Shown in pieces: positions 1 to 8,758 of a stretch of 64,000 nucleotides of DNA (within the stretch, counting starts at the first letter, position 1; every line of letters begins with the position of its first letter). The notes below the pieces were generated by a model. The model ran no database searches. It was not told the DNA's origin and was given only the letters and a program-made list of their open reading frames with translations. A program made the position numbers and the translations under genes. The stretch spans positions 1 through 64,000 of the IMG/VR virus record IMGVR_UViG_3300047560_000921. The stretch is one strand, 5' to 3'.

Positions 1-173
1 GTAACTTGCACACCTACGTGCCCGGCTGGCACAATAGTAAAAGATTCAAAGGCAATTACAACTGCAAGGAAAGCCAAGCCTAGTAAAATACCTGCCTTGC
101 TTTTCTCAAACAGAACATAAACTCCGCCTGCAATGGCAAGAGCAACAAGTACCGCGATGATTAAAATATACAT
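1..173 (-). CDS. SPFH/Band-7 (prohibitin-like) membrane protein, runs off the window edge
   Basis: Translated by hand from ATG at 173 (RBS AAGGA): MYILIIAVLVALAIAGGVYVLFEKSKAGILLGLAFLAVVIAFESFTIVPAGHVGVQV. Two TM helices are followed by the typical SPFH start 'FTIVPAGHVGV'. Confidence 0.75.
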   Translation of the reverse strand, partial: MYILIIAVLVALAIAGGVYVLFEKSKAGILLGLAFLAVVIAFESFTIVPAGHVGVQV

Positions 174-182
174 GATTTTTCC

Positions 183-356
183 TTAATAAAAGATTACAAA
201 CAAAAGCATTGCGCCCATGGTAAGCATGGAGCAAATTATACTATAAGCCAGCATTTTAGTCAATGACCAACGTTGGCTTAGATCCGTATTTCGAAACGCA
301 AAAGTGCTAACAACGAACAACACGAAAATAAACGCAAACGTCAGAAACATTCTCAT
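183..356 (-). CDS. small two-TM membrane protein (57 aa), not in ORF track
   Basis: MRMFLTFAFIFVLFVVSTFAFRNTDLSQRWSLTKMLAYSIICSMLTMGAMLLFVIFY. ATG overlaps the upstream TGA (ATGA), and the ORF fills the gap to the SPFH gene. Confidence 0.7.
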   Translation of the reverse strand: MRMFLTFAFIFVLFVVSTFAFRNTDLSQRWSLTKMLAYSIICSMLTMGAMLLFVIFY

Positions 357-787
357 GCAGTGTCTCCAAATTTAACTGTTGCTCCGCCCATTGTACCTGG
401 CATGGCCATTTTAATGGGAAGGTTGTCGTAGTAAGTGTCAGCAATATCAGCCATGTACTTTAGCATCAAATCGCCATAGTCAACTACGCTGTACTTGACA
501 TCGTCCCATGCTAGATACGGGTCCACTTCTCGTTCGCGACATTCATCAAAGTATTGCTGAACATGCGAAGTGTTATTCCACAGGAACGTTTGGTCTTGTC
601 CGGGAATCTCCATTGTAATTTGATATACTTCGTAGGTCTTTGTATCAAATACACAACTTGCAAAGCCCATGCCATCTGCATCGCAGAATTCCATGTACTG
701 TGCATTAGGACCAAAACAATTCCAAAGATACGAGTCGCCGCCATTCACTCGGCCCTTTGCGGCCGTAATAACGTCAAGTAGTTTCAT
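353..787 (-). CDS. hypothetical phage protein (144 aa)
   Basis: ORF track; tightly packed in the early operon. Confidence 0.75.
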   Translation of the reverse strand: MKLLDVITAAKGRVNGGDSYLWNCFGPNAQYMEFCDADGMGFASCVFDTKTYEVYQITMEIPGQDQTFLWNNTSHVQQYFDECREREVDPYLAWDDVKYSVVDYGDLMLKYMADIADTYYDNLPIKMAMPGTMGGATVKFGDTA

Positions 788-788
788 G

Positions 789-947
789 TTAAGCCTTTTC
801 AGGAACTTTGTCTGTTTCGATGATTACTTTAATAAAGCGAAGTGCTTTGCGTTGATTGTCAAAAACAAATTCGTCCTGACCCTCGTCTGTGTTTACAACG
901 ACGATGACGCCGTTCTTCGCTTTTCGTACTTCCAATGCTTCGAGCAT
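789..947 (-). CDS. small hypothetical protein (52 aa), not in ORF track
   Basis: MLEALEVRKAKNGVIVVVNTDEGQDEFVFDNQRKALRFIKVIIETDKVPEKA; RBS AAAGGA; directly after a consensus sigma70 promoter. Confidence 0.7.
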   Translation of the reverse strand: MLEALEVRKAKNGVIVVVNTDEGQDEFVFDNQRKALRFIKVIIETDKVPEKA

Positions 948-977
948 AGTGATTCCTTTCGTAAGAAGTGATACTGT

Positions 978-1006
978 ATTATAAATTAAAAGGAATTAAA
1001 TGTCAA
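978..1006 (-). promoter_or_regulatory. early sigma70-type promoter
   Basis: TTGACA-17 nt-TATAAT, perfect consensus. Confidence 0.85.
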
Positions 1007-1245
1007 TCGCCAGTAGACAGCGAAGTCATCAAATGCTCTTGTTCGGTCATGTGTGCTGTTACTGTAATGTAGCCTAGTTGGTGGTAGTACAGGATTTGGT
1101 CTTTAATGTGGGGAGGACAGTTTTTGGATATTTCAATGCTAGCCCTGGGCGTAATTGAAATGCCGTCTGAAAAGGTAAAGCCTTTGTCACCGGGTCGGAG
1201 ACTTACTGTTTTGGTTTTTGGGAATATAAACTTTAACAAATCCAT
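1003..1245 (-). CDS. hypothetical protein (80 aa), probably leaderless early gene
   Basis: ORF track; ATG lies 6 nt after the -10 box. Confidence 0.7.
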   Translation of the reverse strand: MDLLKFIFPKTKTVSLRPGDKGFTFSDGISITPRASIEISKNCPPHIKDQILYYHQLGYITVTAHMTEQEHLMTSLSTGD

Positions 1246-1251
1246 ACCTGC

Positions 1252-1280
1252 ATTATATAACAGGTATGGATTAATGTCAA
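1252..1280 (-). promoter_or_regulatory. early sigma70-type promoter inside a 10-bp inverted repeat
   Basis: TTGACA-17-TATAAT; TCCATACCTG (1241-1250) / CAGGTATGGA (1261-1270) flank the -10 box. Confidence 0.85.
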
Positions 1281-2852
1281 TTACTTTAGCTTGCGAGTCA
1301 TTGCGACTGGCGCTTTTTTGGTTTTGGCCGCTGTAGTTTGCGCTAATTCTGGAGCCAAATCTTGCGCTACGCTACCGGTGTCTGCCTTTTTGGACTTTTT
1401 CTTCTTGTCTCGGATTTCTTTACCGTAGGTAATTTTTGGAGCAACACTTTGAGTATCTGTCCAATTGTATAAGGTGCTGTTAAGTTCAAAATCGCCCCAC
1501 TGTTCACTCATTGCATCGGGACCTTTGATATAAGAGTAAGTGAACGTAGGCTGGTGAATGAACAAGATACCATCGTATGTTTGTCCTGTTTCGTCGCGAC
1601 TTGTTTCCATGTAGTACTTGTAAGTCATTAGGAACCATTGCTTGCGGAATTCTTCTACATCAAAACTACAAGACCTGTCAATTGTTTTTAGCAAGTCATT
1701 GTACATCGACTTATCCATTTTAGGATAAACGTGCATGATCATACCATGAAACATATCCTTAACTGTATTAGGTGTTGCTCCGTTTTTCTTTGCAAATAAC
1801 TTTAGTGCTTGTGACAATGCATTTAAGTTAGCTAGACCAAAGTGCAGTGGACTCTTTCCGTTGTTCCAACCTAAACTTGGTTTAGCTCCTTTAGTAGGCG
1901 GAGTTGCTTGTGTTAGCCAATCGCTACCTTCTTTACCGATGATGTTAAACAACTGTTGGTTAAAGTCTTTATAATATGTTGCTCCATCTCCGTATGTACC
2001 TTTGCCACCGAAGCCTTTAAGTCGAGCACCTTGAGCTTTAACTTCAACTTCCTTGCCGTTAATTTCCATTGGGCTAGGGTTATGCAGTTTATCTTTCTTT
2101 GTTACGCCAGCATTGCCAACGTTCAAGTCGCCCTTACCACGCTTAGTAATGCCTGCTCCTAAGATTAAGAAGAACGCTTCGCCATCACCTGTAGCCGCAG
2201 ATGTTGTACTAGGATAAACACGCATAGTAATCAAACGTGTCTTAATAAAGTCAACAACTGGATTCTTCTTGATCATAATCAAATCATCAATACTACCCTT
2301 ACCTTGTGTTGTAAGTTTCTTAGTGTTAATAATGCCACCACCAGTGTTTGGACGTTCACCAGTAGTGTCTAAACGCATAGCAATAGCTAACTTGTCTTCT
2401 AGTGTACCCGGGGCTTCTACAAACAAGTTAATGATACGCTGATGGTCGTCTGGGCGGTTTACGTCTTTTTCTAGTAGGGCAGGAACAATGTATTCTTCCA
2501 ACATCTTCTTGTTATAGAACGCCCATACTTGGTCAGCACGTTCTGGGTTTACTTGTTTAAGCAAACTTAGCAACTGTAGCTCGTCGGCATTAATAGCTTC
2601 GCCGACTGGAGGCTGTTCAGTTGGCTCTGCCACTGGGGCAGGTTGTACTTGTGCTTGCGGCTCTTGTGCGGCTTGTTGATCTGTTTGTGCTAGCTGTGTT
2701 AAAAACTGGACCATGCTAGCCATAACATTTTGGCTAACATCTCCTGCTTTAACGTCCGTAGCAATTTCTTGTAATTCAGGCTCTAATGCTTGAATTTCTG
2801 CATCTGGCTTAGATGCTTCTGAAATGATGTTAATATATTTTCTAAGACTCAT
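1281..2852 (-). CDS. putative PD-(D/E)xK nuclease-domain protein, possibly virion-internal
   Basis: Likely start ATG 2852 (MSLRKYINIISEA); motif G-E(AFF)...GDL...EVK; TAAATA late box at 2872-2877. Confidence 0.55.
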   Translation of the reverse strand: MSLRKYINIISEASKPDAEIQALEPELQEIATDVKAGDVSQNVMASMVQFLTQLAQTDQQAAQEPQAQVQPAPVAEPTEQPPVGEAINADELQLLSLLKQVNPERADQVWAFYNKKMLEEYIVPALLEKDVNRPDDHQRIINLFVEAPGTLEDKLAIAMRLDTTGERPNTGGGIINTKKLTTQGKGSIDDLIMIKKNPVVDFIKTRLITMRVYPSTTSAATGDGEAFFLILGAGITKRGKGDLNVGNAGVTKKDKLHNPSPMEINGKEVEVKAQGARLKGFGGKGTYGDGATYYKDFNQQLFNIIGKEGSDWLTQATPPTKGAKPSLGWNNGKSPLHFGLANLNALSQALKLFAKKNGATPNTVKDMFHGMIMHVYPKMDKSMYNDLLKTIDRSCSFDVEEFRKQWFLMTYKYYMETSRDETGQTYDGILFIHQPTFTYSYIKGPDAMSEQWGDFELNSTLYNWTDTQSVAPKITYGKEIRDKKKKSKKADTGSVAQDLAPELAQTTAAKTKKAPVAMTRKLK

Positions 2853-2871
2853 GGAAAACCCCGTAATCAAC

Positions 2872-2877
2872 TATTTA
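2872..2877 (-). promoter_or_regulatory. late promoter box TAAATA
   Basis: The same hexamer precedes most structural genes in the window. Confidence 0.6.
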
Positions 2878-2878
2878 G

Positions 2879-3337
2879 TTAACCCAGGGTTGCATCTTCC
2901 ATGCCAGCCACGCGGAGTTTGACAATATTGGTAATTTGCCATTGCTTAGTGTCCAAGCCTTTGATTACGCCCAGGAACTTGTTACGCAATAGTGCAAATT
3001 CGTTTATTAGCTTGCTCAAGCTAACAACTTCCGAGTCGCCGTCTACGTATCTATCCGCATCACGTGAACTTAGTGCCCTGTTGTAGTGTTCAATGAATTT
3101 CTTGAACTTGTCGCTACGCAATTTACGTAGGTCAATGTTAAGGTGCTCCAGGATAGCTTCAATGTCCTGTAGCTGATTAAATCTATGCTCAAAAATGCCG
3201 GGCATTTCCCGGCTTGCAATTTCAACGTTACCACGAAGCCTAATATCAGATTTTGCGTCTGCAATCTCAGCTTCGTAGTACTCTATGCAATTTGCTATTT
3301 GAGTTAAGTCCTGTGTGACTGTATTAAACCAAGTCAT
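2879..3337 (-). CDS. uvsY: UvsY-like recombination mediator
   Basis: Helical 152-aa protein ending 'KQWQITNIVKLRVAGMED'; adjacent to uvsX. Confidence 0.8.
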   Translation of the reverse strand: MTWFNTVTQDLTQIANCIEYYEAEIADAKSDIRLRGNVEIASREMPGIFEHRFNQLQDIEAILEHLNIDLRKLRSDKFKKFIEHYNRALSSRDADRYVDGDSEVVSLSKLINEFALLRNKFLGVIKGLDTKQWQITNIVKLRVAGMEDATLG

Positions 3338-3612
3338 TATTCTTCGTCATCGTAGTCGTCATAGTCTAGCGTATCGCTTTCGAAAGCTTCGTCATCCTCA
3401 TATTCCGAATCCGATTCGCTGTACTCATATAGCTCGTTAAGAGCAGAATCCAAAGTATTGTCTTGGCCGCGCATATCTGCAGAAATGCTTTCTACGTCGC
3501 CGAATTCTTCTGCTGTTCTAAGCATAGACACTGCGGCTTCGAGAGCTTCTTTCTTTTGAATATACGGCTTTAGGGTAAGCCAAAGGTTTACTAAAAATTC
3601 TGGATCATGCAT
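3337..3612 (-). CDS. acidic hypothetical protein (91 aa)
   Basis: ORF coupled between uvsX and uvsY; D/E-rich C-terminus. Confidence 0.75.
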   Translation of the reverse strand: MHDPEFLVNLWLTLKPYIQKKEALEAAVSMLRTAEEFGDVESISADMRGQDNTLDSALNELYEYSESDSEYEDDEAFESDTLDYDDYDDEE

Positions 3613-3613
3613 G

Positions 3614-4684
3614 TTATTCTTCCTCAGTTGAAATTTCCTCGGTATTTATTGCCGGTGCATTTAAATTTCTTAGTGTAAAGTCTGCCATAACTTTGTCAAG
3701 ACTTCCGTTGTCGTTACGTTCCCATGCCTTGCGGAATTGTTTAATAATTTCGCCGTCAATGGTTGTGTAAACCAAACTGTTGCCTTCTTTCTTTAATAGC
3801 TCTTTACCTTCGAACATGTCAACTAAGCCGCTGTAAGGACTCATACCAGTTTCATAAGGAATCTTTACCTGCACACTTTCAAAAGGTTTGGCATAACGTG
3901 TCTTCATGATTTTACATGCTGAACGAATACCTTTAACATCGCTGACTTTGTTACCTTCGTCGTCTTCTTTCAACTTCAGTTTACGCATTGCAACAACGAT
4001 TGAGCTTGCATAGATAAAGCCCTGTCCACCAGAAATTTTATCGTCTGGATCAAACATGTCTTGACTTGCGTATGTGTGGTTAGTTGCAACTAGACCCAAA
4101 TTCAAACTACCAAACATGTTAACACAGTTACGAACAAGTGCTGTAAGTGCTTTAGGCTTGCGACCCATGTCACCTTTCATGTCACCTGCTTCAAACTGAT
4201 TAACGTCAGTTGGTGTCAACAACATACCCAAGCTGTCCAGTACGAATAGTACTTTTGGCCTATCTGCTTCTGGTAGTGTTTTGTATTCCTTAACGAACTC
4301 ACTAATCATTTTAGCGACATCGTCAATCATAGCCATGTTAAGTTTTAGCAACTTAGATTCGCTAGTGTCAACGCCAAGTGCATGTAGCCATGCTTCGTCA
4401 AGGGCGTTTTCAGTGTCAACTAGAACAACATAAATGCCTTGTTCTTGTGCGTGACGAACTAAATTACCGCTGGCAATAAAACTCTTGCCTGCTCCAGATT
4501 CACCTGCTAGTACAGTTACTTTGCCTAGTGGTACTCCGCGATTGAAGTCGCCGCTAATCAAATAGTTCAGTGCATAGTTGCCTGTACTGATCCAATCTGT
4601 AGGATCGTTAAACCCAATACTAAGTCCGTCAATTGACTTAGTCAAGGTTTTGCGAAATTTGCTCGCGTCAAATGGTTTTGTCAT
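3614..4684 (-). CDS. uvsX: RecA-like recombinase UvsX
   Basis: Walker A GESGAGKS, 'VDTENA', 'LDSLG', 'NHTY', 'SGG.GFIYASS'. Confidence 0.93.
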   Translation of the reverse strand: MTKPFDASKFRKTLTKSIDGLSIGFNDPTDWISTGNYALNYLISGDFNRGVPLGKVTVLAGESGAGKSFIASGNLVRHAQEQGIYVVLVDTENALDEAWLHALGVDTSESKLLKLNMAMIDDVAKMISEFVKEYKTLPEADRPKVLFVLDSLGMLLTPTDVNQFEAGDMKGDMGRKPKALTALVRNCVNMFGSLNLGLVATNHTYASQDMFDPDDKISGGQGFIYASSIVVAMRKLKLKEDDEGNKVSDVKGIRSACKIMKTRYAKPFESVQVKIPYETGMSPYSGLVDMFEGKELLKKEGNSLVYTTIDGEIIKQFRKAWERNDNGSLDKVMADFTLRNLNAPAINTEEISTEEE

Positions 4685-4710
4685 ATTTCTTCCTATTAGA
4701 TTAAACAGAA

Positions 4711-4732
4711 TAGCAGGGGTTTCCCCCTGCTA
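4711..4732 (-). terminator. GAAA-tetraloop hairpin after the SSB gene
   Basis: TAGCAGGGG-GAAA-CCCCTGCTA on the minus strand, followed by TTCTGTTT. Confidence 0.65.
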
Positions 4733-4736
4733 GCAA

Positions 4737-5729
4737 TTAAGCCTGTTTACGATTACGAATCATGCTCAGCAAGTCGTCTACGCTGGGCTTACCAGCGCCA
4801 CTAGCTGTTACACTAGGTGCTTCAGCTTGCGCTGGAGCGGCAGGTGCCGGAGTTGGTGCGGCCACTGGGGCTGGGCGACTTACAACTGCTGGGGTATCTT
4901 CATCCATGTCGTCAGTGGAAGCAGTAGTACCGCTACCAGAGCTAAAGCCAGCTGGCTTGTAGAAGTTTGCCCAACGAGCTGGATCATACAACTCACCGTC
5001 AACGCTAGCTTCGAACATTTCGTAGATGGCGTTTAGTTCTTCAGCATTAGGCTTCTTAGGCATAAAGTCGTTTAAGTTGTACAAACCAAACTGAGCGATA
5101 GCGCCAAGTTCTTGTTCGTTCAAGCTACGTTCTTTACGTGCCCATGAGCTAGTGCTGTAGTCAGCGTATTGACCTTTAGTGGTCTTTGCAAGGCGGAAGT
5201 CTGTACCTTGCATGTAATCGGTTGGAAGTTCAACCATTTCAGGATCCATCAATGCTGTCTTGATGATGTTGAAAATGCTTGAGTTGATAACAAAGCGACG
5301 GATCGCATTTTCAGGAAGTGCGTCTTCTTGAAGTGGGCTGTTAACAACAAAGCCTTGGAACAAGTAACTACGCTTTTTCCAGTACTTACGTGCTGTTTCT
5401 TCCATGCGCTTGTCTTTGAACCATGGGCGAATTGCCGCATGGACTGGACATGTTTCATTCCACATTTCAACGCAAGGAACTGTTACTGTTACCTTCTTGT
5501 TTGTTTCTCCGCCTTTAATGCCAGCGAAGTCAATACGAATCATTTGACGTTCACGCCAAAAGAATGTGTTGCTTTCATCTGCGTCTGGGAGGAATCGTAG
5601 TGTTGCGGTGCTACCTTCTGGGATGTTCCAGAACGGATAAATTGCATTATCCATACCGCCTCGGCTGTTGCCTTTAGATTTGTTTTCTTCTTGAAGAAGT
5701 CTTGCGCGAATATCTGCCAATGATGCCAT
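4737..5729 (-). CDS. gp32: single-stranded DNA-binding protein (T4 gp32-like)
   Basis: 'ATLRFLPD', CVEM..ETCPV, 'ARKYWKKRSY', 'YADYSTS', acidic/low-complexity tail. Confidence 0.9.
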   Translation of the reverse strand: MASLADIRARLLQEENKSKGNSRGGMDNAIYPFWNIPEGSTATLRFLPDADESNTFFWRERQMIRIDFAGIKGGETNKKVTVTVPCVEMWNETCPVHAAIRPWFKDKRMEETARKYWKKRSYLFQGFVVNSPLQEDALPENAIRRFVINSSIFNIIKTALMDPEMVELPTDYMQGTDFRLAKTTKGQYADYSTSSWARKERSLNEQELGAIAQFGLYNLNDFMPKKPNAEELNAIYEMFEASVDGELYDPARWANFYKPAGFSSGSGTTASTDDMDEDTPAVVSRPAPVAAPTPAPAAPAQAEAPSVTASGAGKPSVDDLLSMIRNRKQA

Positions 5730-5790
5730 AATTTTTCTCCTTAATGTGCCATTGTTTGCCTAGAGAGGCTTACTATATGTAAGTCTCACG

Positions 5791-5820
5791 ATTATAACTG
5801 TACTACTCAGTGTAAGTCAA
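5791..5820 (-). promoter_or_regulatory. sigma70-type promoter for SSB/uvsX/uvsY
   Basis: TTGACT-18-TATAAT. Confidence 0.7.
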
Positions 5821-5824
5821 GTTA

Positions 5825-7120
5825 TTATTTTTGTTTGGTTAAAACAGATTTTACCGAATACTTTTGGCTTACGCCACGTACTAGATCAAATACTGATTCA
5901 TCCAAACTACGTGTTTCCACGTGTTCAGTATTTACGCTTTTAGATTTCCTGATCAGATTTCTAATTGCGCTGTTAAATGAATTTTTACCTTCTACGTCCA
6001 TTGTACCGTAATGCTCAGCCGCAGTGTCAATGACGTCTTTGTGCTGGGGATTAGTTAAATGGTCGCTGATGTAACGTGCTAAGTGTTTAAGTTTAGCATC
6101 GTGATCGTCGAATGTCAAGTTAATAGGATTGTCTGGATCATTTTCATCCAGGTCGCTGATATCAAATTTCGGTTGTGCATCAACTAAGCTAACCAAATCA
6201 CGTAAGGCTTTTTGGCTGGACTCTAGTTGCTCGCGTTCTTTAACCATGCTATACAAGAATGGTGCGGCGCTTTCGACTGCTTGGTTTAGTGTATGGCGTG
6301 TGAACTTAGCTGTAATAGGACTAATGTCATCGTCTTCACTTAATGTTACTGGTCGATACTTGATAGATTCAAATTTGTTGGTACGCACTGCACGTAGAAT
6401 TTCTTCGCTACGTGTGTTGGCCATTTCAACTAAGTCGCTAGTTTCTTCATTAATGAAACCTTGACCGTTAGCGTGACGTACAAACTTACGTAGACTTGCG
6501 TACTGTTCGCACAAGCCTAAAATCATTTGGCCGCGTTCATCGTATGGGTAGCCGCCTTCTGCAATGTGACGTGCCATACTACGTGCGCCTGTTAGCCAAC
6601 GCATTGGGAACTGGAAACGTTCGCCTTGGGCGTTTTCAATGTAAATGGACTTGATGCTACGGCTACGGGCGCCGCGGATCTCTTCGTTAACAGGCTTGCT
6701 GTGGCGAATGATTAAACGAGCATTACCTGTACTTTGGTAGCTACTGCGTGTTGAGCCCGACATTGGACTAAAACTTTCATCAACATGTTCTACGTTCATA
6801 AATGCAAAATTCTTAGGTTCTAGTTTCTTGCCAAAGTTCTTTACTGTGAACTTTAGCATATAGTGTTCTGCTGTATTTTTAACTGCGTTTTTCAATAACT
6901 CAATATCGTCGGGATCTGCTTGGTTGCTTACGTTCAAACTGACTTCGCCGTTTTTGTCATCAATGAAAACTAGTGAGTGCAAGTCTTCAATAAAGAATCG
7001 TACTGCTTCATTAGGGTCCAAGGTTTTCTTAGCTTCCTCGTCGCCCATGATAAATTTACGATTTGTACCAGTTAACAAATCAAATATTCTTTTACTAACG
7101 TTTTTGTAATTGACAGTCAT
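5825..7120 (-). CDS. hypothetical late protein, probably virion (head) associated
   Basis: Probable start ATG 7120, 5 nt after TAAATA (7126-7131); several (L/V/I)xE-S/E motifs resembling prohead-protease sites. Confidence 0.7.
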   Translation of the reverse strand: MTVNYKNVSKRIFDLLTGTNRKFIMGDEEAKKTLDPNEAVRFFIEDLHSLVFIDDKNGEVSLNVSNQADPDDIELLKNAVKNTAEHYMLKFTVKNFGKKLEPKNFAFMNVEHVDESFSPMSGSTRSSYQSTGNARLIIRHSKPVNEEIRGARSRSIKSIYIENAQGERFQFPMRWLTGARSMARHIAEGGYPYDERGQMILGLCEQYASLRKFVRHANGQGFINEETSDLVEMANTRSEEILRAVRTNKFESIKYRPVTLSEDDDISPITAKFTRHTLNQAVESAAPFLYSMVKEREQLESSQKALRDLVSLVDAQPKFDISDLDENDPDNPINLTFDDHDAKLKHLARYISDHLTNPQHKDVIDTAAEHYGTMDVEGKNSFNSAIRNLIRKSKSVNTEHVETRSLDESVFDLVRGVSQKYSVKSVLTKQK

Positions 7121-7133
7121 GCTTTTATTTATC

Positions 7134-8690
7134 TTATAGTACACCAATTGGCATTGGCATTATCAAGTCAGGATTGTGCCCAGATTTGTCTGTTAACGCT
7201 TCAAATAAACGCTCATCGTAGTTACTTAGGTACTGAATAACCCTTGTAGCTAATAGTAGCGCACTAACCAAGTCGTCAGTTTCACCTTCTTTAGCTTCAA
7301 AACTTACACCCTTGGCCACAAACGTTTTTAGCTCTCGTACCAAGTTCTTGCTCTTAGGAACAAGTTTATCTGTCTCAATCCAATGCTTTAACTTAGCACA
7401 GGCTGCAATCTTACTCTTGTTAGTAGTTGTGAAACCCCTGCGTTTATTACCTGGTTCACTTACAAAACTTCCTGCAATGTTTTCTTCACCAAATTCACTA
7501 ATAGCCATTAGTGCGGCTTCCCCTAGTGTGTTGTTTTCTACACTCCAGAACAGCTCGGATTTTTTACTGCCCTTTTTAACTTCATGATCAATGTATGCTA
7601 GTATACTTTGTACAATTCTTAATTGACCTCTGATGTCTGTTTTATTATGTTGCCATTCTGCTATTTGGAACATACTAGGTAATTCAATAACTTGAATAGC
7701 GGCATTGTCGCCACCTGTACCCAAGCTAGGATCCCAGCCTAGGATATAACTGCTGTTAGGGTCAACGTGTTTATAGTAACGAACTTGTCCTGCTTTGAGC
7801 AAGGGATCGTCTCCGTGCATAGTAAACAGTTTAAGACTGTTAATTAATGTTTCATCGTATACAACGAATTCACATAAGTGCTCGCGACGGAATCGTTCTT
7901 CGCCAATCTTGTTACGTTCTGCATCTGCCCATACTTGGTCGCGTTCTGGGTGTGCATCCCATATAAACTTAATGCTCTTAAATCCGTTAACACCAATACC
8001 AGTGTCGTTACCGTACTCGTCAGTGGTCTTACATGCCTGGCGCCAAATTTGAGCAAACTGGTCATCATCTTGGTTAGGTGTGCTTGTAATAATACACTTA
8101 CCACCTGTAGACAGTGTCGGGCTCAATGACGTCCAGAATTCGCTGGCAATGCGTGGCGGAACGAACGCAAATTCGTCCAAGTAAACTAATGTTAACGACA
8201 TACCACGACCAGTGTTTTCTGTTGTTGTAGCACTTACAATACGCGATCCGTTATCAAATTCGATACTACCCTTGTTGTAGCTAGTTACACCTGCACGTAA
8301 AAAGTTAGGTAAACTTTCATACATGAAACGAATACGTTGCATAATTTCCTGGCTACCAGTATGCTTGTGCGCGGCAATAAGAATAGTACTGTCCGGTTTA
8401 AACATTGCAAACCATAACAAGTATCCGCCTGCACATGTGGACTTACCCATCTGACGTCCTAGCATGTTAATGCTATAACGGTTTTCATGGTAACATTTTA
8501 ACAAGTCGATTTGATAGTCAAACAAATCAAACTTAACACGGCCTTTAGTAGGGTGTTGAATATATGCATGTGTGGTTAAAAAGTAAACAGGGTCGTCTGC
8601 ACATCTAACAAGTTCTTCAATTTGTTCGTGTGTATATTGTTCCTGTTGATAGGGCTTTTTAACTAATACGTTTTCTTGAGGTTGTGCCAT
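7134..8690 (-). CDS. gp17: terminase large subunit
   Basis: Walker A GRQMGKST, Walker B YLDEFAF, 'ITSTPN', RNase H-like WDPSLG and DDLV. Confidence 0.95.
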   Translation of the reverse strand: MAQPQENVLVKKPYQQEQYTHEQIEELVRCADDPVYFLTTHAYIQHPTKGRVKFDLFDYQIDLLKCYHENRYSINMLGRQMGKSTCAGGYLLWFAMFKPDSTILIAAHKHTGSQEIMQRIRFMYESLPNFLRAGVTSYNKGSIEFDNGSRIVSATTTENTGRGMSLTLVYLDEFAFVPPRIASEFWTSLSPTLSTGGKCIITSTPNQDDDQFAQIWRQACKTTDEYGNDTGIGVNGFKSIKFIWDAHPERDQVWADAERNKIGEERFRREHLCEFVVYDETLINSLKLFTMHGDDPLLKAGQVRYYKHVDPNSSYILGWDPSLGTGGDNAAIQVIELPSMFQIAEWQHNKTDIRGQLRIVQSILAYIDHEVKKGSKKSELFWSVENNTLGEAALMAISEFGEENIAGSFVSEPGNKRRGFTTTNKSKIAACAKLKHWIETDKLVPKSKNLVRELKTFVAKGVSFEAKEGETDDLVSALLLATRVIQYLSNYDERLFEALTDKSGHNPDLIMPMPIGVL

Positions 8691-8698
8691 TATGTAAG

Positions 8699-8704
8699 TA
8701 TTTA
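8699..8704 (-). promoter_or_regulatory. late promoter box TAAATA (terminase)
   Basis: 8 nt upstream of the terminase ATG. Confidence 0.6.
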
Positions 8705-8721
8705 ACCTTTTTCACAGATAA

Positions 8722-8744
8722 GAAAAGGTGCCAAGCACCTTTTC
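8722..8744 (-). terminator. hairpin terminator
   Basis: GAAAAGGTGC-caa-GCACCTTTTC inverted repeat after the 323-aa gene. Confidence 0.6.
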
Positions 8745-8758
8745 CATGTTTTAAAAAA

